Source: a bacterium (GTDB lineage: Bacteria > Hinthialibacterota > Hinthialibacteria > Hinthialibacterales > Hinthialibacteraceae). Taken from it: 30,339 bases of DNA. Both the position numbers and the translations under genes were made by a program. The notes under the pieces were generated by a model. That model made no database searches. It had not been told where the DNA came from and was given only the letters and a program-made list of their open reading frames with translations. The stretch covers positions 1 to 30,339 of the forward strand of contig JBHGBC010000060.1 in NCBI GenBank assembly GCA_041946805.1, written 5' to 3'. This document shows positions 17,631 to 24,960 of this stretch, piece after piece; positions within the stretch are counted from its first letter, which is position 1, and every line of letters begins with the position of its first letter.

Positions 17631-17880
17631 CGGGATGTCCTCTTTACGCCCCGGGGTGGTTATGCATAGGATGGCACCATATTATAGAACACTTTCAAAA
17701 CAATCTTTATATCGCTGAATCGATTTATTGAATCGGCGGTGAAGAATCATCCGAATCCTGACTGGAATCGAACGCCCAACCCGATTCGGTACGGGAACGG
17801 ATTCGCGGTTCTGAAAGGCCATCGGGGGGAGAAACAAAGAGCGCCGGGATTCCCCCGCTAACTCAGGAGGAGTCAAATCC

Positions 17881-18609
17881 ATGACACAAGGGTGGAGGAA
17901 TATGGGAAGCCGGATTTTCATGACCGGATTGCTTGTTTGGATGGTGTTCATTGGCGCGGGTCCAGGACATGCGGCGGCCATGGAAGGCAAGGTGGACCTG
18001 AACGCGCTCATTGCGGAAACACAGAAATTGTCCGAAAAAACCAGCGAGATGACTCTGATCTGGTGGATCCCCCTGGAATTCTGGGCCGCCACCTTCGCGC
18101 AGGATCCCAACATGACGCCGGCGCAGACCGAAGATTTTCTGAAAGTGCTGCGGCCGTACACACTGCTCGCGGTGGTGGACGGCACGGTCGGGACGTTCGG
18201 CGGCATCACCTACAAGCCGGAGGCTCTGATCCGCTCCAACCTCACCCTGCGGGATGGCAAGGGCGCCTCGATCCCGCCCATCGAGACCGGCGCGGTGTCG
18301 GGGGATGTGATCAACCTGATCCAGATGATGAAACCCATCCTGGCCAACATGCTCGGACCGATGGGGGAGAATTTCAATTTTTACATCTTCCCCGCTTCCA
18401 CCCCGGAAGGCGTGGTCATCGCGGACGGCAAGAAGAAAGGCGCCTTTTCGGTGAAACTCGACACCCGTGAATTCCGCTGGAAACTGCCCCTGGATTCCCT
18501 GCTGACCCCCAAGACCTGCGCGAAATGCAAGGAGACATGCAAAGGATCGTGGGATTATTGCCCCTGGTGCGGAACCAAGTTGGGCGCGAGGGGAAGCGCC
18601 GGGAAATAA
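17881..18609 (+). CDS. Exported hypothetical protein with C-terminal zinc-ribbon (CxxC-x10-CxxC)
   Basis: GGAGGAG RBS, hydrophobic N-terminal segment ending in HAAA, C-terminal CAKC...CPWCG. Alternative start at 17902. Confidence 0.75.
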   Translation: MTQGWRNMGSRIFMTGLLVWMVFIGAGPGHAAAMEGKVDLNALIAETQKLSEKTSEMTLIWWIPLEFWAATFAQDPNMTPAQTEDFLKVLRPYTLLAVVDGTVGTFGGITYKPEALIRSNLTLRDGKGASIPPIETGAVSGDVINLIQMMKPILANMLGPMGENFNFYIFPASTPEGVVIADGKKKGAFSVKLDTREFRWKLPLDSLLTPKTCAKCKETCKGSWDYCPWCGTKLGARGSAGK

Positions 18610-18734
18610 CGCTGACCAAAGCAGGGGAAGTGTATGCCTGGTCCGGAAAAGGGCAAACCTGGGCTGCCGCGTTTTGACTCTTTCCTTTAGGCTGTTTCTT
18701 TCTTCCGCCTATTTCCTCCCGTGGAGAACGCATC

Positions 18735-20219
18735 ATGAAAACTAACTTGGCCGTTGTTTTCCTCCTTATTCCGTTGGCTTCTTCGGCCGCCGTGACGGAA
18801 CTGCATGTGGTGAAAACCGAACCGGAAGCAGGCTTCGATCAGGTGCCGGCCGGCCTTACCCGTGTCGTGATTCATTTCAACGCGCCGGTGAAGCGGAACA
18901 GCTGGTCGTTCGTGGAAATCGATTCCGCCGAATTCCCCCAGGTTACAGGGGATCCCACGTTTGAAAGCGAAACGGTCTGTGTTTTGCCGGTGAAGCTCAA
19001 ACCGGATACTTCCTATGGCCTGGGCATCAACAGCCGGACGCGGAAAGGTTTCAAAAGCGCGGAGGATGAACAAGTTACATGTGCTCCCTACCGGTTGATG
19101 TTCAAGACCGGGAAAGGGGAAGCGGATACCGCGAAACCCCGCGCCCTGGATAAGACCGAGGAATCCAAGGCGGACAAGATGGCCGGGAAAACGTCCCCGC
19201 GAAAAGACAAAGACCTGATTACCATGGTCTTCGAAAAATACGAGGACCGTTCGGAGAATGCTTTTACTTTTTTGATCCCCCGAGGTTGGTTGACTGAAGG
19301 AGGCATTATCCGTGTCAATCCAATACTGGCGGGTGGTCCGGCCCAGTCGCTCGAGGCCGCGTTCGGTTTCGCGGCGCGCAAGGATGACGCGGGGACGGTA
19401 ATGATCCGCTGGCTGCCGCATGTGTATTACGCCGACACACGGTTTATGCCGGCCGGTAACATGTTCCCACCCGGATCGAATTATATGGGCATGACGGTGT
19501 TCCCGTACCCCGAACCTCAGGATTTTCTCACTCAGTTCGTTTTCCCCTATTTGCATACCGGAGCGGAAAATCCAGAGATCATCGAACGGAAAGACCTGCC
19601 CCAGCTCGCGGGGCTGTTCCGCCGTTTCTTCAAAAACTACCTGGCGCCCTACTTGCCGGTTCCCCTGGATTTTCAGTATGAAGCGGGCATGGTGTCCATG
19701 CGGTATCAGGAAAATGGAGTTGTATACCGGGAAACCAGCGTAGCCGTGCTGGAAAACCGGGGCGCCATCGCGGGGGGGCAATGGTGCAATCGCTATACCC
19801 TCGTCGCGCGCGCTCCGGAAAAGGAATTCGCCGCATGGGAACCGGTTTTCCAAATCATCTCCGATTCCGGCCAGATCAATCCCGCTTGGGCCGCCGGTGA
19901 AATCCAGGGGCAAATCCAGCGGGGGGAAATCTTGATCCGCACACAGGAGGAAATCCAGAAAATCGAACAGGCGATTGTGGACAATCGTCAAAAGACTAAC
20001 GCCGAAATCCATAATGACATGTATTTGAACCTCACCGGCCAGGAGGAATACATCAATCCCTTTACCAACAAAACCGAAATCGGCAGCAACGAATGGAACT
20101 ATCGCTGGCAGAACGAATTGGGGCATATCATCTATACAGATGACATGAACTACGATCCCAACCGCGATCCCGCCTTGCAAGTACAAGGTTACAAAAAAAG
20201 CCCGGTCCGGCCACGGTGA
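18735..20219 (+). CDS. Secreted protein: N-terminal Ig-like (Big_5-like) domain, Lys-rich linker, unknown C-terminal domain
   Basis: GGAG RBS, signal peptide, VVKTEPEAG..VP.GL..VVIHFN.PV...LKPDTSYGLGIN...Y.LMFKT Ig-like pattern, then a Gln-rich coiled segment and an aromatic tail ending YTDDMNYDPN. Confidence 0.75.
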   Translation: MKTNLAVVFLLIPLASSAAVTELHVVKTEPEAGFDQVPAGLTRVVIHFNAPVKRNSWSFVEIDSAEFPQVTGDPTFESETVCVLPVKLKPDTSYGLGINSRTRKGFKSAEDEQVTCAPYRLMFKTGKGEADTAKPRALDKTEESKADKMAGKTSPRKDKDLITMVFEKYEDRSENAFTFLIPRGWLTEGGIIRVNPILAGGPAQSLEAAFGFAARKDDAGTVMIRWLPHVYYADTRFMPAGNMFPPGSNYMGMTVFPYPEPQDFLTQFVFPYLHTGAENPEIIERKDLPQLAGLFRRFFKNYLAPYLPVPLDFQYEAGMVSMRYQENGVVYRETSVAVLENRGAIAGGQWCNRYTLVARAPEKEFAAWEPVFQIISDSGQINPAWAAGEIQGQIQRGEILIRTQEEIQKIEQAIVDNRQKTNAEIHNDMYLNLTGQEEYINPFTNKTEIGSNEWNYRWQNELGHIIYTDDMNYDPNRDPALQVQGYKKSPVRPR

Positions 20220-20339
20220 TCCACTCCCGACGGATATGATCCCTCCCGTGACGGAGTGAAATAATCATCTCTCTCCTTCCGTATTCATAACAAGGCTCAT
20301 TTTTTGTGTCAAATCCAAAAAGCGAGGCTACGGTCGATC

Positions 20340-20498
20340 ATGGGACTTATCGAATTGATCCTGGTGTCGGGCCTGGGGCTGGCGGCGGTGGCGATTCCCC
20401 TGATTCTCTTGTTCACTGTTTTCAAACTTCATTCCACGATCCAAGCCCTCGAGCGGAAACTCGATCAGATTCATGAAATGTTGAAAAGCCGGGAATGA
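20340..20498 (+). CDS. Small single-pass membrane protein with C-terminal coiled coil (52 aa)
   Basis: MGLIELILVSGLGLAAVAIPLILLFTVF hydrophobic helix followed by the heptad-like KLHSTIQALERKLDQIHEMLK; GAGG upstream. Confidence 0.6.
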   Translation: MGLIELILVSGLGLAAVAIPLILLFTVFKLHSTIQALERKLDQIHEMLKSRE

Positions 20499-20585
20499 CG
20501 CCGGACCGTGGAAGGTTGGAATCCCTTTCGCCGCCGTTTCTTTCTTCTGGACGCGGTTCCTCTTTCATCTCTCCGGCCATGCGTC

Positions 20586-20613
20586 TGGACAGAAGCGGCC
20601 GAGGGGTTATAGT
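20586..20613 (+). promoter_or_regulatory. Possible sigma70 promoter of trpS
   Basis: TGGACA (20586-20591), 16-bp spacer, TATAGT (20608-20613), 40 bp upstream of the ATG. Confidence 0.4.
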
Positions 20614-20652
20614 TTTCCCCAAGATCAATTTTTCCCCCTTGAGAGACGATTC

Positions 20653-21666
20653 ATGAACAAGTCACGCATTTTCTCGGGCATCCGGCCTACCGGCGGGATA
20701 CATATCGGCAACTATTTCGGCGCGCTGCGCAACTGGGTGCAACTCCAGGATTCGTATGATTGCGTGTTTGGTGTGGTCGATTATCACGCCCTGACCACGC
20801 CCTTCGAACCGGCCGCCATGCCCCGGTTGTGCTTCGATATGATGGCCGCCCTGCTGGCGGCGGGACTGAACCCGGACCGCTGCGCCCTGATATTCCAGTC
20901 CGATGTTCCGGAGCACACGGAACTGGCCTGGATTCTCTCGTGTATCGCGCCGCTGGGGCAGATGGAGCGAATGACCCAATTCAAGGACAAATCACAGCAG
21001 ACGCCCGAGAATATCAATCTGGGCCTGCTTTCGTACCCGGCCCTGATGGCCGCCGATATCCTGATCTACCGGGCCAACGCCGTCCCCGTGGGCGAGGACC
21101 AGGTCCAGCATCTGGAATTGACCCGCGACCTGGCCCGCAAGTTCAACAATGCCTATGGCGAATTTTTCCCTGAACCGGAAGCCTTGTTGACCGAAACCCC
21201 GCGCATTATGGGCCTTGACGGCAAGAACAAGATGAGCAAATCCCTGGACAACCACATTTCCTTGTTCGAGCCGGCCGATACGCTTCAGCAGAAAATCATG
21301 ACCGCCGTGACCGACGAAAACCGCAAGCGCCGCTCCGATCCCGGCAATCCGGATGTCTGCAACATCTTTTCCCTCCACAAGATCTTCTCCACCCCGGAGG
21401 AGGTGGCCATGATCGACCGCGAGTGCCGGGTGGCGGGCATCGGCTGCGTGGATTGCAAGAAGATCCTACTGAGCCACATGGAGCCGTTCATCGCCCCGCT
21501 GCGGGATAAACACCAGGCCTTGCAGGATAATCCGGATATGGTCTATGACATCGCGGAACAAGGCGTAAACCGCTGCCGCCCCATTGCGCAAGAAACCATG
21601 GCCGGGGTGAAGGAGCGTCTGGGCATCAAAAAAATCTCCCTGGAAAAACCTTCGGCGGTGAAATGA
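20653..21666 (+). CDS. trpS: Tryptophan--tRNA ligase
   Basis: SGIRPTG.IHIGNYFG (HIGH), YPALMAADIL, VPVGEDQ.QH, KMSKS; C-terminal C-x21-C-x6-C-x2-C. Confidence 0.98.
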   Translation: MNKSRIFSGIRPTGGIHIGNYFGALRNWVQLQDSYDCVFGVVDYHALTTPFEPAAMPRLCFDMMAALLAAGLNPDRCALIFQSDVPEHTELAWILSCIAPLGQMERMTQFKDKSQQTPENINLGLLSYPALMAADILIYRANAVPVGEDQVQHLELTRDLARKFNNAYGEFFPEPEALLTETPRIMGLDGKNKMSKSLDNHISLFEPADTLQQKIMTAVTDENRKRRSDPGNPDVCNIFSLHKIFSTPEEVAMIDRECRVAGIGCVDCKKILLSHMEPFIAPLRDKHQALQDNPDMVYDIAEQGVNRCRPIAQETMAGVKERLGIKKISLEKPSAVK

Positions 21667-21737
21667 GGAAATAGAAATCCGCGGAAATGCAGGGTGGCTT
21701 GTGCGTAGCGAAACCCGCCGAAAAATCCTTGCATAGT

Positions 21738-21840
21738 AAGCGCCAACGGCGCGTGAGAAGCTAGCCCAGGGCAACGCCCTGGGAAAATGGAGCGCAAAGG
21801 ATTAAATTCCCTCTCCCCCCGGGAGAGGGGCTGGGTGAAG
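21738..21840. repeat. Two REP-like palindromes between convergent trpS and tgt (possible terminators)
   Basis: aagcgccaacggcgcg...agcccagggcaacgccctggg (21738-21783) is the reverse complement of the 9192-9237 element. ccctctccc-ccc-gggagaggg hairpin (21809-21829) followed by gctgggtgaag. Confidence 0.75.
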
Positions 21841-21950
21841 AAAAACCCTTGAATCGCGCTAACCCGTTGTTGTCTGCACGAAACCGAGTATAGGCCAAGC
21901 CTGTAATACCGGCGGGGCGCGTCGGAACGTGCCCCGGCTTTGGGGTCTTT

Positions 21951-23054
21951 TTACGCCTTCTCCTCTCCTAACCATTTCTCCCGAAACGCGTGAAACGTCC
22001 CCTGGCGGATCTCCTGGCGGCAACGGCGCATGAAATCCTGGTAGAAGGTGATGTTGTGCATGGTCGCCAGGCGCGAGGCCAATATCTCCCCCGCCAGAAA
22101 CAAATGCCGCAGATAGGCGCGCGAATAGTGCCGGCAGCAATAGCAGGAACAGTTCTCGTCCGGCGGCCGTTCATCCTCGCGGTATTGTGCCTGCTTGACC
22201 GAGATCCGCCCGTTCCAGGTCAACAGGTGGCTGTTGCGGGCCAGGCGGGTGGGGACCACGCAATCGAACATATCCACCCCTCTCGCTATACTCTCGAGAA
22301 AATCCACGGGAGTCCCCACACCCATCAAGTAGCGGGGTTTGTCCCGGGGCAGGATACCGGTCACGAGTTCGCACGCCGGCCAGGTGAGTTTTTTGTCCTC
22401 GCCGATCATCAGCCCGCCGATGGCGTATCCGGGAAAATCCAGCGCGGTTAAATCGCGGGCGCTTTTTTCCCGCAAATCGGAAAACACCCCCCCCTGGACG
22501 ATCGCGAACAAGGCCTGATCGCCGCGTTGATGCGCCTGGCGGCAACGTTCCGCCCAGCGCGTGGTCATCTCCACGGATTCTTCGGCGTACTCGCGCGTCA
22601 CGGGGTAGGGCGTGCATTCATCGAAGCACATGATGATGTCCGCCCCGAGGTCGTTTTCGAGTTGTATGACGCTCTCGGGCGTGAAACGGACCTCGGTCCC
22701 GTCGATATGCGACCGGAAGGTGACGCCGTCCGGATCGATCCGGCGCAAGGGGGCCAGGCTGTAGACCTGAAAGCCGCCGCTGTCGGTGAGGATGGGCGCG
22801 TCCCAGTGCATGAACGCGTGCAGCCCGCCCATCTTCTTGACCAAGTCCTGCCCGGGCCGGAGAAACAGGTGGTAGGCGTTGCACAGGAGGATCTGCGAAC
22901 CGGTTTCCTTGACCTCCTCGGGCGTGAGGGCCTTCACCGTGGCGTTGGTCCCCACGGGCATGAAGGCGGGCGTCTCGAATTCCCCATGGGGCGTTTGAAC
23001 CCTCCCCACGCGGGCGTTCCCTTCGGATGCTTCGATGCTGAATTGAAAAGCCAT
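21951..23054 (-). CDS. tgt: tRNA-guanine(34) transglycosylase
   Basis: TPAFMPVGT, DSGGFQV, FDEC, IVQGG, KPRYLMGVG, DMFDCV.PTR.AR, zinc site CSCYCC...H. Confidence 0.98.
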   Translation of the reverse strand: MAFQFSIEASEGNARVGRVQTPHGEFETPAFMPVGTNATVKALTPEEVKETGSQILLCNAYHLFLRPGQDLVKKMGGLHAFMHWDAPILTDSGGFQVYSLAPLRRIDPDGVTFRSHIDGTEVRFTPESVIQLENDLGADIIMCFDECTPYPVTREYAEESVEMTTRWAERCRQAHQRGDQALFAIVQGGVFSDLREKSARDLTALDFPGYAIGGLMIGEDKKLTWPACELVTGILPRDKPRYLMGVGTPVDFLESIARGVDMFDCVVPTRLARNSHLLTWNGRISVKQAQYREDERPPDENCSCYCCRHYSRAYLRHLFLAGEILASRLATMHNITFYQDFMRRCRQEIRQGTFHAFREKWLGEEKA

Positions 23055-23087
23055 GGCTTTGTGTTTGGTTCGTATGGGATTGAGAGG

Positions 23088-23115
23088 ATCATAAACGGGG
23101 GGGAAGGAGAAGCAA
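23088..23115 (-). promoter_or_regulatory. Possible sigma70 promoter of tgt
   Basis: Minus strand TTGCTT (23115-23110), 16-bp spacer, TATGAT (23093-23088). Confidence 0.4.
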
Positions 23116-23165
23116 GGGGGTGGGGGGGATTTACGAAAAGTTGTGTTAGAGATTGAAAAAATTGA

Positions 23166-23194
23166 TTGACTGAATTGAGAGAGAGGGGTATCAT
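23166..23194 (+). promoter_or_regulatory. Sigma70-type promoter of the SEFIR gene
   Basis: TTGACT (23166-23171), 17-bp spacer, TATCAT (23189-23194); AAAGGA RBS 8 nt before the ATG at 23219. Confidence 0.6.
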
Positions 23195-23218
23195 AGAGGT
23201 GTTGAAAGGATTGGTTAA

Positions 23219-24718
23219 ATGGATTTATGTGTATTTGATAAGGCCATGAAATTTTGGTTGTTAGAAACTACAATGGAAGATGGAAAATTTAAACCAAAGG
23301 CTTTTATTTCCTATAGTTGGAGTTCACAGGAACACCAAGACAAAATACGTGGATGGGCTGAACGTCTTATCTCGGATGGGATTGAAGTTGTTCTTGATCT
23401 TTATGACCTAAAGGAGGGACAAGATAAATATGTATTTATGGAGCGAATGGTAACAGATGAAAGTGTTACTCATGTTCTTGTGTTTTCGGATAAAAAATAT
23501 GCTGAGAAAGCAGATTCTCGAAAATCAGGTGTAGGCACGGAATCACAGATCATTTCAAAGGAAGTCTATGATCAAGTTAGTCAAACTAAATTTATACCAA
23601 TCATTTGTGAGTCCATGAAAGATGGAAGTCCCTATTTACCCACCTTTTTAAAAAACAGAAAATGGATTAATTTTTCATCTCTTGAATTAGTCAATGAAAA
23701 TTGGGAAATACTTATCCGAACATTGTATGGAAAACCCATCCATGAGAAACCAAGATTAGGCAATCCCCCAGCATACATTACTGATAATACATCTATGCAT
23801 CCAAGTCTCATTAAAGCAAAGTTTCAGACATTTAAACAAGTGATTTCGGAAGGGAAAAAGGGGAAAAGTCTTTATAGAAAAGAATTCATAAATGCATGCA
23901 TAAATCAAGTTGATATTATCCGAGACCGAGAACGGCCACAAGTTGAAAATATTGGTGAAAAAATCCTTGAAGATTCTAGGCAACTTATACATATTCGCGA
24001 TTCGATTATTGATTGGGTATTATTTGAATCAGAAGTTGATCCGTCAGAGGAATTTTCCGATGCATTAATAGGATTAATAGAAAATCTGTGGGATTTGAGA
24101 ACTCGTTCATCTAAAATTGAACAATGGAGAGATGCTTGGCACAAAGCTCAATCACAAGCCATTTATGAAATTTTTCTATACATTGTTGCTGCGCTAATGA
24201 AAACTTCTTCCTATACAGATTTGCATAATATTTTCAAAACTCACTATATTCTCCCCAAAAATGATTCATTTGGTGATGAAAAATTTGCTAAATTTGATAA
24301 TTTTTATGCCACTCTCGAAATATTAAATGAATTTATTGCCCCTCATGGGAAACGATTTCTTAGTCCATCTGCAGAGTTGATTAAACGACAAGCAAATCGT
24401 AATGATATTACATTCCATGATATTATTCAGGCTGACCTCTTGATTCTTCTTATGGCATTTATTACACCCGGAACACATTGGTATCCTCAATTGTTTTATT
24501 ACGCTGAATATTACCAGGAATTTTCTTTTTTTATAAGGGCTAGTAGACATACAGATTTTATGAAACTGGCACTTATAACTGAAATAGAGGATGTAAATGT
24601 ACTTCGAGAAAAAGTAATACAAGGCATTGAGAGATTACAAGTAGAAACATGGTATGGCTTGCATTTTATTAATTTTTGGAGTTGTATGAATATGGATAAA
24701 ATGGATAAAATTACATAG
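23219..24718 (+). CDS. SEFIR/TIR-domain protein with long helical C-terminal region; candidate anti-phage effector
   Basis: KAFISYSWSS.EH...WAERL..DGIEVVLD.YDLKEGQDKY.FMERMV and YAEKADSRKSGVGTESQII, a bacterial SEFIR-type TIR signature. Strongly AT-rich (16/60 G+C at 24241-24300). Alternative start at 23273. Confidence 0.88.
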   Translation: MDLCVFDKAMKFWLLETTMEDGKFKPKAFISYSWSSQEHQDKIRGWAERLISDGIEVVLDLYDLKEGQDKYVFMERMVTDESVTHVLVFSDKKYAEKADSRKSGVGTESQIISKEVYDQVSQTKFIPIICESMKDGSPYLPTFLKNRKWINFSSLELVNENWEILIRTLYGKPIHEKPRLGNPPAYITDNTSMHPSLIKAKFQTFKQVISEGKKGKSLYRKEFINACINQVDIIRDRERPQVENIGEKILEDSRQLIHIRDSIIDWVLFESEVDPSEEFSDALIGLIENLWDLRTRSSKIEQWRDAWHKAQSQAIYEIFLYIVAALMKTSSYTDLHNIFKTHYILPKNDSFGDEKFAKFDNFYATLEILNEFIAPHGKRFLSPSAELIKRQANRNDITFHDIIQADLLILLMAFITPGTHWYPQLFYYAEYYQEFSFFIRASRHTDFMKLALITEIEDVNVLREKVIQGIERLQVETWYGLHFINFWSCMNMDKMDKIT

Positions 24719-24828
24719 GATAACATTATATAGCGAGGATATCCTAATAAAGCGCCTAGCAAACGAAACTGCCTTTCTCCGCGCCATCCGTGGTACAAAC
24801 AATGGGGCGCTGGGGTGGCGTGTGGGGC

Positions 24829-24915
24829 TTTTGAACCACGGATTACACGGATAAATCACGGAGCCCACGGAAAACGGCTTTTCTCCGTGCCCTCCGTGTC
24901 ATCCGTGGTTCAAAA
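24829..24915. repeat. Inverted repeat built from CACGGA/TCCGTG units; likely bidirectional terminator or MITE-like element
   Basis: 23-bp arms ttttgaaccacggattacacgga (24829-24851) and tccgtgtcatccgtggttcaaaa (24893-24915) with 1 mismatch; lies between convergent genes. Confidence 0.8.
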
Positions 24916-24960
24916 CGGATGAGAATTCAAACGATGATCCCAGACTCCCCATTTACCTCG

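Noticed and set aside
17713..17870. Possible c-di-AMP (ydaO/yuaA) riboswitch: CGCTGAATC at 17713, GGTACGGGAAC mid-region, GCTAACTCAGGAGG at 17857, with pgpH nearby
   Set aside because: The core GGGGT(G/T)AATC and GTAGGG...CCCGAA.CCG.CA elements are missing or out of order, and the 3' match largely coincides with the RBS. An Infernal search with the ydaO-yuaA model would settle it.
18687..20186. 499-aa antisense ORF
   Set aside because: Shadow of the plus-strand secreted protein, which has the RBS, signal peptide and domain pattern; no motifs in the antisense product
20499..20652. T-box or attenuator upstream of trpS
   Set aside because: No T-box consensus or Trp-rich leader, and too little space after the putative promoter
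21951..24718. tgt plus SEFIR as a Dpd-like (7-deazaguanine DNA modification) defence system
   Set aside because: tgt has the canonical tRNA-modifying motifs and host-like composition, the genes are divergent, and no dpd or que genes are present
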